Below, piece after piece: positions 28,124 through 36,095 of a DNA stretch of 40,000 bases. The position numbers and the translations under genes are program-made. How positions within the stretch are numbered: the first letter of the stretch is position 1; each line of letters opens with the position of its first letter. Source of the stretch: Hyphomicrobiales bacterium (GTDB lineage Bacteria > Pseudomonadota > Alphaproteobacteria > Rhizobiales > GCA-2746425); NCBI GenBank assembly GCA_039986835.1, contig JBDWQA010000006.1:295560-335559 (forward strand), given 5' to 3'. The notes below the pieces were generated by a model, which was not told the origin of the DNA, searched no databases, and saw nothing but the letters and a program-made list of their open reading frames with translations.

Positions 28124-28219
28124 AATTCGATAAAAATATCTTAGCTTGGAGAAGTATTGGGTAGCATCGCCCAAAAACTGCAAGTGTTTTCAAAAATCAG
28201 ACTGCTATCAGGGTATTAG

Positions 28220-28867
28220 CTAACCTGATGCTTTGCCCATAGCCGCGGCAACCAAAGCTTTTGCGTCATCACTGTCCCAGTGTGCGGGGCCGGATAAATG
28301 CGCAATCTGGCAACCGTTACTGTCGACTACCAGGGTTGTCGGCATTCCAAACGCCACGCCGCGTTTTTTCAAATTGTTAAATATATCAGTGGATTGATCA
28401 GCATATAGTGGCAGGTTGGCGATGTTTTCCTCTTCCAGGAATGCCAATGGACGCTCCGGTCCACGGCTGTCAATGTTAATGGCTAACACTTCAAATTCGT
28501 CATTTCCCAAATCCGCTTGCAACCTGGAGAGGGCAGGCATTTCTGCTCGGCAAGGGGCACACCATGTGGCCCAAAGATTAAATACAAGTGTTTTCCCCTT
28601 CCAATCTGCAAGGGTTACGTCATTGCCGTCCGGGTCTTTAAAAGCAAGATCGCCAACATAGTCAGGTGTATCAGCCAGCTGCACTGCTGCAACTTCGCCT
28701 TGAATGAATGGGTTAAGGGAGGCAGCAAAGTCACTTTGGGCGCTGCAACTGGCTCCAGCGGCAGCAACAACTGTATCGTCGTCATGGACATCTCCACCCA
28801 GTTTCCCGTATAGGAGCAACGATCCCGCGATCACGCCCGCAATGGCAGCCAAAATCAGCACTCTCAT
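28220..28867 (-). CDS. tlpA: TlpA-family periplasmic thiol:disulfide oxidoreductase (thioredoxin fold)
   Basis: 215-aa ORF with an N-terminal TM anchor and the active site [13 protein letters not shown]. Divergent from argH, as is common in alphaproteobacteria. Confidence 0.85.
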   Translation of the reverse strand: MRVLILAAIAGVIAGSLLLYGKLGGDVHDDDTVVAAAGASCSAQSDFAASLNPFIQGEVAAVQLADTPDYVGDLAFKDPDGNDVTLADWKGKTLVFNLWATWCAPCRAEMPALSRLQADLGNDEFEVLAINIDSRGPERPLAFLEEENIANLPLYADQSTDIFNNLKKRGVAFGMPTTLVVDSNGCQIAHLSGPAHWDSDDAKALVAAAMGKASG

Positions 28868-28936
28868 AACAACACCTTAGTTGTTGGTTCGCTGAAGGTT
28901 GCACGGGTGCCGCGCAGCTTTCACGAAGGTCGGTTC

Positions 28937-30370
28937 ATGTCTAAAGCTCCAAATAAGCCGCAAGGCACATCGGAACAAGCTACTTCCTCATCAAACACCA
29001 TGTGGGGCGGTCGTTTTTCCTCAGCGCCTGACGCCATCATGGAAGAAATTAATGCCTCAATCGATTTCGACAAGGCACTTTTCCGCCAGGATATAACAGG
29101 TTCCAAGGCTCACGCAGCGATGCTAGAGGCTCAAGGCATTCTTTCACAGGAAGATGTGGCAAAAATCGATCACGGTCTAAACACGATTTTGCGAGAAATC
29201 GAATCTGGCTCCTTTACGTTCTCCCGTCAGTTAGAAGATATCCACATGAATGTGGAGGCGCGCTTGCGTGAATTGATCGGTGACGCGGCAGGTCGACTGC
29301 ATACTGGGCGCTCCCGAAATGATCAGGTAGCGACCGATTTCAAACTTTGGGTCCGAGATACAATTGATGCACTGGACAGTGCCTTGGCCGGTTTGCAAAA
29401 AGCGCTGGCGGAAAAAGCGTTGGAACATGCTGCCGTCATCATGCCCGGATTCACTCATTTGCAATCTGCGCAACCTGTTACATTTGGTCACCATCTGATG
29501 GCATATGTGGAAATGCTGGGGCGCGATCGTAGTAGGTTCGCAGATGCGCGCAAACGCCTCAATGAAAGTCCGCTTGGGGCTGCAGCACTTGCGGGCACGT
29601 CTTTTCCAATTGACCGAGAGATGACGGCGCAGGCACTTGGTTTCGATCGCCCGACGGCAAACTCTCTGGATAGTGTATCGGATCGCGATTTTGTACTGGA
29701 AGCATTGTCTGCCGCCACGATTTCTGCCATGCACCTGTCGCGTTTTGCTGAAGAACTGGTTGTCTGGTCATCCGCTCAATTCAAATTTGTTCATTTATCG
29801 GATAAATTCACCACCGGATCGTCCATCATGCCGCAAAAGCGTAACCCTGACGCTGCTGAGTTGGTGCGGGCCAAAATTGGCCGGATTGCGGGTGCTTACC
29901 AGGCACTTGTTATTGTCATGAAAGGATTGCCACTCGCATATTCCAAAGATATGCAAGAAGACAAAGAACAGGCTTTTGATGCATTTAACGCGTTTTCGTT
30001 GGTTGTTGCTGCGACTGCTGGCATGGTTGCCGATTTGGAGCCGAATGAAAAAGCATTGTTGAAGGCCGCAGGCAGTGGTTTTGCTACAGCAACTGATCTT
30101 GCCGATTGGCTGGTGCGCGTGTTGGGCATGCCGTTCCGTGATGCACATCATGTGACAGGACGCATAGTGGCACGTGCGGAAGAGCTGGATTGTGAACTGC
30201 ACAAAGTACCCTTGGCGGATATGCAAACCATTGAAGGCACCATTACTGAAGATGTATTGAGCGTTCTCAGCGTGCGTAGATCTGTTATGAGCCGTGTTAG
30301 TTATGGTGGTACAGCACCAGCCAATGTACGCAAGCAAGCCAAACGCTGGTTGCGTACATTGGATCGTTAG
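28937..30370 (+). CDS. argH: Argininosuccinate lyase
   Basis: MWGGRFS near the N-terminus. Fumarate-lyase signature [12 protein letters not shown], plus TGRSRNDQV and [11 protein letters not shown] place the start at ATG 28937. The track ORF begins at GTG 28907. Confidence 0.95.
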   Translation: MSKAPNKPQGTSEQATSSSNTMWGGRFSSAPDAIMEEINASIDFDKALFRQDITGSKAHAAMLEAQGILSQEDVAKIDHGLNTILREIESGSFTFSRQLEDIHMNVEARLRELIGDAAGRLHTGRSRNDQVATDFKLWVRDTIDALDSALAGLQKALAEKALEHAAVIMPGFTHLQSAQPVTFGHHLMAYVEMLGRDRSRFADARKRLNESPLGAAALAGTSFPIDREMTAQALGFDRPTANSLDSVSDRDFVLEALSAATISAMHLSRFAEELVVWSSAQFKFVHLSDKFTTGSSIMPQKRNPDAAELVRAKIGRIAGAYQALVIVMKGLPLAYSKDMQEDKEQAFDAFNAFSLVVAATAGMVADLEPNEKALLKAAGSGFATATDLADWLVRVLGMPFRDAHHVTGRIVARAEELDCELHKVPLADMQTIEGTITEDVLSVLSVRRSVMSRVSYGGTAPANVRKQAKRWLRTLDR

Positions 30371-30410
30371 AGGTTACGCCTGACTACCAATCAAATTATC
30401 GCAAATTTGT

Positions 30411-30454
30411 CGCCACCTTTGAGTTAGTTTCGAAGGTGGCGTTTTTGCGTTTTT
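30411..30454 (+). terminator. Rho-independent terminator after argH
   Basis: 9-bp stem CGCCACCTT/AAGGTGGCG with a 13-nt loop, followed by TTTTTGCGTTTTT. Confidence 0.7.
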
Positions 30455-30560
30455 CATCTGAATTCCAGGATGAATTGAACATGAATGTATGCTTAAGGAA
30501 ACAATCAAACTGCAGGCCATAAACAGCATTTGATTTTGAAAACACAGAGGGAAAAATCAA

Positions 30561-31457
30561 ATGAAAACCACGACCAAACGCATCGCCTGCACTCTACTCA
30601 TGCTATCATCCATGGCTGTCACTGCAGGTACATCACACGCAAAAAACAATCCATTTTTGAAATTTGACGTTCATTCCAACCAGTATTCAAATGCTGTGAT
30701 GGAGTTTGAGCATAGCGGCGGAAAATATAAATGGAAACAGAAAACGATCTCTTTGAAAGTTACGATTTCGGGTGATGCAGGGCGACACAGAAAGTGGCTA
30801 CCCACACTTGATCTCAAACCGATTTCCATGACACCTGGCACAAAAATGGTCGGGAAAATTCCTAGTAAGAAACGCAAGTTTAAATATTCAGATACCATTC
30901 GATTTAAAACATCGTTCCTGAAGAGCTTTGCGCCTAGTTACGCGGAATATTGCAATCGCACGGGTGGATCCAAGACCCACGTCAAAGATGGCTTGTTCTT
31001 CAAAGTCAGGGCCAGCGCTGCGAACTCAAAAGGTAAAGTCCTCAAACATATTGAGCAGGTCCCTGTCCGTGTTGTTTGCAAAGCTAAGCCAAGCAATCCC
31101 CAACGTACACCGGCGAAATTTAAAGCGACAAAGGTAAAACTATATACGATTCCGGCAAAGCCAGTGTGTGGCAAGCCAATAAAGCTTATTACGGAAATCT
31201 GGACAACCAAGCCAGGAAAAGTGGACTTCTTTCTCACGCGCAATGATGGTGCCAAGCAAAAAGCATCTGTGAAGACCCAAAAGACAGCCAACGGCTATGT
31301 TAAGCGCTGGGGCAAAACCTACGAATTCAACAAGTCAGTGAATCGCCGCTATCAGATTGTGCTTGCTAAACAAGCCATGACCAGCGGCTGGGCTGAAATC
31401 AAACTGAATTGTGGTGCGGGCGCAGATGTAATACATCCAAAAGCTATGTCCAAATAG
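30561..31457 (+). CDS. Secreted, very basic (Lys-rich) protein of unknown function
   Basis: 298-aa ORF with SD AGAGGGA upstream. Signal peptide MKTTTKRIACTLLMLSSMAVTAGTSHA. Beta-strand-like alternating pattern and a high Lys content. I recognise no family. Confidence 0.7.
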   Translation: MKTTTKRIACTLLMLSSMAVTAGTSHAKNNPFLKFDVHSNQYSNAVMEFEHSGGKYKWKQKTISLKVTISGDAGRHRKWLPTLDLKPISMTPGTKMVGKIPSKKRKFKYSDTIRFKTSFLKSFAPSYAEYCNRTGGSKTHVKDGLFFKVRASAANSKGKVLKHIEQVPVRVVCKAKPSNPQRTPAKFKATKVKLYTIPAKPVCGKPIKLITEIWTTKPGKVDFFLTRNDGAKQKASVKTQKTANGYVKRWGKTYEFNKSVNRRYQIVLAKQAMTSGWAEIKLNCGAGADVIHPKAMSK

Positions 31458-31477
31458 CAGCTTGCGACATGAGAGTG

Positions 31478-31506
31478 CAAAGGGGCATCGCTCTGGTGCC
31501 CTTTTG
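31478..31506. terminator. Candidate bidirectional terminator hairpin between convergent genes
   Basis: 10-bp stem CAAAGGGGCA/TGCCCTTTTG with one mismatch and a 9-nt loop. It lies between the stops at 31457 (+) and 31511 (-). Confidence 0.45.
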
Positions 31507-31510
31507 CTGT

Positions 31511-31900
31511 CTATTGCAGCGTCACAAAATGGCCTGCCTCAGAAAGCCCTTGTACGGCATTAGAGAGCTCGGCCGTCTTCACCAACAAGTAATCACGGTG
31601 AAATGTAGAGACAACAAACACGCCTAATCCATTGCTGGAAAGAGGGCGAATGACTGACAATACGATACCTGTTTCATCAAACGCGAATTTTCCAGTTAGC
31701 TTAAACGCTGTCCAGCCGGCCTCGCACTCAACGTCTTCTGGGACGCGGTCGGCACGGCAGACAATTGACAGCTCGTCGTCTCCCCGACTGACGTTCACGA
31801 AACCATCTCCAGCTGCCCAATCTGGTACAGGTGTGGTTGCACCCAACAGGCAGACTGCGTAGTCGCCACTGAGTTGTTCTAGAGTGACATTTACTGGCAT
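31511..31900 (-). CDS. ACT-domain protein (ACT_7/CASTOR-like small-molecule-binding family)
   Basis: The pattern LSGDYAVCLL...PDWA...FVNVSRGDDELSIVC...GWTAFKL.G.FAFDETGIVLSVIRPLSSNGLGVFVVSTFHRDYLLV is typical of this family. Start is either ATG 31900 or TTG 31957. Confidence 0.7.
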   Translation of the reverse strand: MPVNVTLEQLSGDYAVCLLGATTPVPDWAAGDGFVNVSRGDDELSIVCRADRVPEDVECEAGWTAFKLTGKFAFDETGIVLSVIRPLSSNGLGVFVVSTFHRDYLLVKTAELSNAVQGLSEAGHFVTLQ

Positions 31901-31960
31901 TTTTTTGATGTCTTCCGTGGATGTTTTAAAGGGTCGATGTCCATCAAGCTGTGCCAAGGT

Positions 31961-32452
31961 TCACCGCTCTTTTTCAATTGGCAAGTAATAAAATCTGGAG
32001 TGCACTTGGGAGCGTGGAAACTTTACAGGTAGCTGTTCTGGCTCCAATCGCAAAAAACCGGATTTTTCGTAGAAACGATGTCCTGAGACGAAAGCCGGTG
32101 TCGTGCCTAGAATGATTGTGTTCAGGTCACTCTTTTTTGCGTAAGAAACAAGGTGTTGCAGCATATGTTTTGCTGTCCCTTTTTTGTCGCCGCGATAATC
32201 TTTGCGCACAAAAAATTTGCGTAATGCAGCCTGTTGGTCACCTATGTCCAGAATCGACATCACGCCGACAACTTCATCCTTGCTTATGGTGACCCAACAT
32301 TCACCAATACCAACGCGGTAATGCCCTGCGATATCCTGCAGGTCCGGCATATCTTCATAGTGAACATCATACCCGTGCTCGTCGCGCAAGATTGGCATCA
32401 ACAAGTTGCGCAACCCATCAGCATGGCGGTTCTCGTACGGAATAATTTCCAT
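31961..32452 (-). CDS. GNAT family N-acetyltransferase (paralog 1)
   Basis: Acetyl-CoA motif A region LRKFFVRKDYRGDKKGTAKHML, and a C-terminal AHRFYEKSGF. I chose ATG 32452; the track start is TTG 32458. Confidence 0.85.
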   Translation of the reverse strand: MEIIPYENRHADGLRNLLMPILRDEHGYDVHYEDMPDLQDIAGHYRVGIGECWVTISKDEVVGVMSILDIGDQQAALRKFFVRKDYRGDKKGTAKHMLQHLVSYAKKSDLNTIILGTTPAFVSGHRFYEKSGFLRLEPEQLPVKFPRSQVHSRFYYLPIEKER

Positions 32453-32460
32453 TTGCAAAG

Positions 32461-32967
32461 TCAGCTCGGCATTTCCTGTTTTTCCACCAATGGCAGGCGG
32501 TAGAAAATAGTGTCTACCGCAAGGCGGGGGAAGTTGGTCGGCAGGTTATCCTCGTCAATACGTTGGAACCCTGCTTTTTCATAAAACCGATGAGCTGCCC
32601 GAAACGCGGAAGTCGTGCCCAGAATAATTTCCGAGAAATTTACACTTTCAGCATGTGCAATGAGGTGTTGCAGCAATAGGCTGGCGATGCCGTGTTCCCG
32701 CCCTCGATATGCTTCACGCACGAACATTTTGCGAAGAACAGATTGTTGGTTGCCTATGTCCATAAGTGCGATGGACCCCACAACGGCCCCATCCATTTCG
32801 GCAACCCAGAACTCTCCGGCGCCCTTGCGGTAAAACTCCGTGACGTTGTGCAAGTCCGGTTGGTCTTCATAGGTTATTGGAATACCAAACTCGATGCGTT
32901 GGATTGGCACTATCAAATCGCGTACCTGTTCCATGTGCGCGTCTTGGTGGGGCGTGATGTTCAACAT
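32461..32967 (-). CDS. GNAT family N-acetyltransferase (paralog 2)
   Basis: Colinear with paralog 1 (LRKMFVREAYRGREHGIASLLL, AHRFYEKAGF, NFPR). I chose ATG 32967; the track start is TTG 32982. Confidence 0.85.
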   Translation of the reverse strand: MLNITPHQDAHMEQVRDLIVPIQRIEFGIPITYEDQPDLHNVTEFYRKGAGEFWVAEMDGAVVGSIALMDIGNQQSVLRKMFVREAYRGREHGIASLLLQHLIAHAESVNFSEIILGTTSAFRAAHRFYEKAGFQRIDEDNLPTNFPRLAVDTIFYRLPLVEKQEMPS

Positions 32968-32994
32968 GTTATCGCACTTCAAATCTGGGGGTGG

Positions 32995-33219
32995 TCAATT
33001 ATTGTGCTGGTTCGTGAAAGTTCTGATTGAATGACATAATGAAACGATTTCGACTGTTGTACTTTGTTTCGCGGCGGCGAGTAAGTATTCCGCCTTGAAA
33101 AGGTGTTCAAAAAACGAGGAAGACGTCACCTCAAAATCAACATCACCCACGTATTTGAAGATCTTGTGGAACATTGCCGTTTCAATAGATGTCGCAGACA
33201 AGGGTGGAGCATTTGCCAT
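32995..33219 (-). CDS. Hypothetical 74-aa protein (weak call)
   Basis: ORF ending 13 nt (TTG 32982) to 28 nt (ATG 32967) upstream of the GNAT gene start on the same strand. No clear SD and no recognisable motif. Confidence 0.3.
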   Translation of the reverse strand: MANAPPLSATSIETAMFHKIFKYVGDVDFEVTSSSFFEHLFKAEYLLAAAKQSTTVEIVSLCHSIRTFTNQHNN

Positions 33220-33372
33220 CTTTAAGACCCAAGAATGACTGCGGAGCTATTCGCCAGCATAAGGGTTGGATGGTAAAACTTGCTGGCGTTCGCAGGCCTG
33301 CCGCCATAATCTCCACAACGCCTCCATATTTGCCCCTTACGGGCCATGTAAACATCAAATATGGAGATGAAT

Positions 33373-33909
33373 ATGCACAGCCCATTTAAGACTTTTGTTG
33401 TTGTCTGTGGCGCTTTGATGAGCGTCGGAGCTGTCCACGCCACCAACGTCGAGATCACGCTCAAGAATGATTTGGACGGCATTCTCAATGGCTATTGCCT
33501 TGATATCGCAGGCGGTAACCAAAATGTAGACCCCGCCAACGGCCTGCAGGCACACACCTGCTATAGCTATGACGGTGCATTGGGCACCGATCAGATATTT
33601 GACACTGAGCGCTTTGCTGACAATATTTTATATATGCCGGAATATGATGTTTGCGCAGTATTGCCAGATACCGAAGCTGGTTCGAAAGTGAGCTTGGCAT
33701 CGTGTGATGGCAGCGTGCTTCAGGGTTTTTCATTTGTTGAAAACGGCACCATCACGCCCACAACTGCGCCAGAAATGTGCTTGACGGCGGCAACAGAAAC
33801 GCGTTTCGGGCGCGGCTCACAACATCAGATCAAAGATCTCACACTGGAAACTTGCAGCGACGACAGCGCGGATCGTCAACAATGGCGCGCCAGAGAAACT
33901 GACGACTAA
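33373..33909 (+). CDS. Secreted ricin-type beta-trefoil lectin domain protein
   Basis: Signal peptide (FVVVCGALMSVGAVHA). Three Cys-containing subrepeats (GYCLDIAGG...AHTC, CAVL...LASC, MCLTAA...LETC) ending in QQW, resembling the (QxW)3 trefoil. GGAG lies 6 nt before ATG 33373. The track ORF starts at 33361. Confidence 0.6.
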   Translation: MHSPFKTFVVVCGALMSVGAVHATNVEITLKNDLDGILNGYCLDIAGGNQNVDPANGLQAHTCYSYDGALGTDQIFDTERFADNILYMPEYDVCAVLPDTEAGSKVSLASCDGSVLQGFSFVENGTITPTTAPEMCLTAATETRFGRGSQHQIKDLTLETCSDDSADRQQWRARETDD

Positions 33910-33964
33910 TTGAAGCGCAGATGCCAGGGGGAGCGATTTTGCGTTACCAGATCCAGCCGCGCGA

Positions 33965-34117
33965 TCAGTAAGGCTTGCCGAGTGCCTTAAAGCGGTCTGC
34001 GGTTACGCCAATGTGTTTCAAATCGGCTTCGTTTGGCTCGCCACCCTCCCGCAAGGCTGCGGACATACGGTTGCAAGCTGCGAACATCTGAAAAAAATCT
34101 TTGGTATGCCGAAACAT
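33965..34117 (-). CDS. Unannotated 50-aa ORF with a strong Shine-Dalgarno sequence
   Basis: My hand translation: MFRHTKDFFQMFAACNRMSAALREGGEPNEADLKHIGVTADRFKALGKPY. AAAGGAG lies 7 nt upstream of the ATG. It falls below the 60-aa cut-off of the ORF track. The C-terminal LKHIGVT resembles the DUF1127 L.DIGL[ST]R motif only loosely. Confidence 0.45.
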   Translation of the reverse strand: MFRHTKDFFQMFAACNRMSAALREGGEPNEADLKHIGVTADRFKALGKPY

Positions 34118-34408
34118 CTATGATCTCCTTTAATTTAGAAAACATATTTCAGGAAACAGGTACCAACCAGTGCCCATCCGCGAACACAGCTATGCAGGTA
34201 GTGCATGGGCTCCAACAGAATTAGCTGCGGAAAGCTAGGCAGATAAAGCTTCGGTCTTCAATCTGAACGCCCCGTGAATATGTGGTTCAGGTCTCATCAA
34301 TCTCGAATGAATCAAAGTAGGTCCCTCAAATATTGTTTGGGGGACTGCAAACGGCATCACGAAAACAAATTTCATTCGCAATTCATATCGAAGGAAGGAA
34401 CAAGGATC

Positions 34409-34735
34409 ATGAGACATTTAGTTCAGGCTATTGCCATATCGGTTGCCGCACTCACTCTGTCGGCTACAGGGAGCGTGGCCGAGACATTGAAGCTGCAAGT
34501 GAAAGACAGCATGCACATCAACTCATTTAAGCGCTTGGATGTTCACGGACCAAGGCAGTTCAAAAGAGTACTTTCAAGTCGGACCGTAGGAGACAGCGGT
34601 GGCGTGGTCGAATGCCAGCCGGTTGATAGTAAGTGGTGTAATGACGGATTTACGAAGTTTTGTGCGGAAAGCAATGGAATTGGAACCACGGAGCCTGATG
34701 GCAGCGTTATCTGCACATATTCAGGTCGTGACTAA
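34409..34735 (+). CDS. Small secreted Cys-containing protein of unknown function
   Basis: 108 aa from ATG 34409, with GAAGGAAGGA upstream. Signal peptide MRHLVQAIAISVAALTLSATGSVA. Four Cys residues in the C-terminal 45 aa. The track ORF extends upstream to 34274. Confidence 0.55.
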   Translation: MRHLVQAIAISVAALTLSATGSVAETLKLQVKDSMHINSFKRLDVHGPRQFKRVLSSRTVGDSGGVVECQPVDSKWCNDGFTKFCAESNGIGTTEPDGSVICTYSGRD

Positions 34736-34832
34736 GTTCTGAATAAAGACAGGCCCTCGTGAATTGTCTCGGGGGACTGGTTTGATCACGGAACTCTCAG
34801 GCTGCAATCCTATGAGTTGTCCCTGCTATCCC

Positions 34833-35039
34833 CTACGATTGGGTGGAGGGCACGCCATCGACGATTTTGCAGTCTTCCAGCAGCTTTGCTGCCGCTTCAA
34901 TTGTCGTGTCTATCTGCCGGGCGGCGTCAAATGCACAGGCGTCGCGCTCATCGGACAGGTCAGAAGCCGCCATGCTGATCAACCGCGTAAAATGTCGCGC
35001 GACATCCAGCAAATCTTCCGCATCAACAAGTTTGGACAT
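34833..35039 (-). CDS. Hypothetical acidic helical 68-aa protein
   Basis: ATG preceded by GGGAGA 4 nt upstream. Asp/Glu/Ala-rich sequence predicted to be helical. Divergent from the XRE regulator gene. Confidence 0.5.
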   Translation of the reverse strand: MSKLVDAEDLLDVARHFTRLISMAASDLSDERDACAFDAARQIDTTIEAAAKLLEDCKIVDGVPSTQS

Positions 35040-35075
35040 GCATCTCCCACTCCGCTATGTTTTTGGCACAGCGCT

Positions 35076-35104
35076 ATAAAATGAATTTCCATAATAAAAT
35101 GAAT
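35076..35104. promoter_or_regulatory. Two exact 11-bp direct repeats ATAAAATGAAT in a divergent promoter region
   Basis: Copies at 35076-35086 and 35094-35104, 18 bp apart start to start. Related ATAAAAATG (35126-35134) and GTAAAATGG (35149-35157) follow. Confidence 0.35.
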
Positions 35105-35132
35105 ACACTAAAATAAGAGTATAACTATAAAA

Positions 35133-35369
35133 ATGTTGCCTGTACAGTGTAAAATGGCGCGCGTCGCGTTGGGTCTAAGCCTTATTGATCTGGCAAAATT
35201 GGCAGAAGTGGCTCCAGCCACAATCTCACGTCTGGAAGCAGGCGAGGCACTCAAACCCCGCACCCTTCGCGATATCCGCCAAACCCTGGAAGACACAGGC
35301 GTAATCTTCATAGACGAAAACGGCGGCGGCGCTGGCGTGCGGCTGAAGAAGCCCGGCCCGCAAGCCTAA
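35133..35369 (+). CDS. Small XRE-family helix-turn-helix transcriptional regulator
   Basis: 78-aa ORF. The pattern QCKMARVALGLSLIDLAKLAEVAPATISRLEAGE...IFIDENGGGAGVRLKK is typical of a widespread small alphaproteobacterial HTH family. Confidence 0.8.
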   Translation: MLPVQCKMARVALGLSLIDLAKLAEVAPATISRLEAGEALKPRTLRDIRQTLEDTGVIFIDENGGGAGVRLKKPGPQA

Positions 35370-35451
35370 AGCATAGATCGCATAACCCCGCAGACATCAC
35401 CGCTGTCGCTAAATGTACTGGGATAAAAGGTGGCCGCGTTTGACGTAGACA

Positions 35452-36024
35452 TCAACCATGCAGAGATCGTTTTAGCCAATCGCGTATCCTTCTGTACAAC
35501 CAGATGGTCAATCCAATCGTGGTTGTCAGGACGGCTAGGGTCGTTAAAACGGCTTTGGCAATTGAAGCTGCACTTGCCGCATATACGAGACCAGCCTGAG
35601 GGGCCGGCCAATTTAGGATCAATGTGCAGATGCCAGCATTCTCTAAATAGTCGGCGAGGGCCGCTCCGACCGACAGCCATGCACCTATTTGCGTCAGCAC
35701 ACGATTGACGCCTTGCGAGGCAAGCCATTTGAGAAATGATACCAGGGTCAACGCCATGAACGCGGGATAGATGAGGTCTAGTGGTATTTGCCTGGTCAGA
35801 TAATATTGCCTGCCATCGCCCCCCAAGGCATCGAGCAGAGCATATGCCTTTTCTGATGAGTATCCGCCGGGGCGCATGTCGAAGGGGCGCAGTCCGGACA
35901 GCAATTGGAGGTGTTCCAGTGTGATGTTGATCATCACAAGGTAAATGCCAGTTGCGGCAAGACCAAATACAGCCGCTCGTCGCCCATATTGTGTAGTTGA
36001 TGTTAAATCTGCCATTTGTCCCAC
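35452..36024 (-). CDS. Integral membrane protein of unknown function
   Basis: 190-aa ORF with about 4 hydrophobic helices. Preferred over the overlapping 242-aa ORF in another frame, which has a Cys/Trp/His-rich, non-protein-like composition. Start is GTG 36024 or ATG 36015. Confidence 0.6.
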   Translation of the reverse strand: MGQMADLTSTTQYGRRAAVFGLAATGIYLVMINITLEHLQLLSGLRPFDMRPGGYSSEKAYALLDALGGDGRQYYLTRQIPLDLIYPAFMALTLVSFLKWLASQGVNRVLTQIGAWLSVGAALADYLENAGICTLILNWPAPQAGLVYAASAASIAKAVLTTLAVLTTTIGLTIWLYRRIRDWLKRSLHG

Positions 36025-36095
36025 TTCTCATGTTTAAAAGTAGCGTAGTGTCGGTAACGAGTGACGGCATTATCTTTTGATAAAGGAATTGCACT

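Noticed and set aside
30468-30481. 14-nt exact repeat GGATGAATTGAACA, also present at 36766-36779
   Set aside because: For a 40-kb window searched on both strands, a handful of exact 14-mer matches is expected by chance. The flanks do not extend the match, and neither site has element-like features.
35366-36094. 242-aa minus-strand ORF overlapping the 190-aa membrane-protein ORF in another frame
   Set aside because: The translation is rich in Cys, Trp, His and Arg with no hydrophobic periodicity or motif. The 190-aa frame gives clean transmembrane helices, so only one frame is likely coding.
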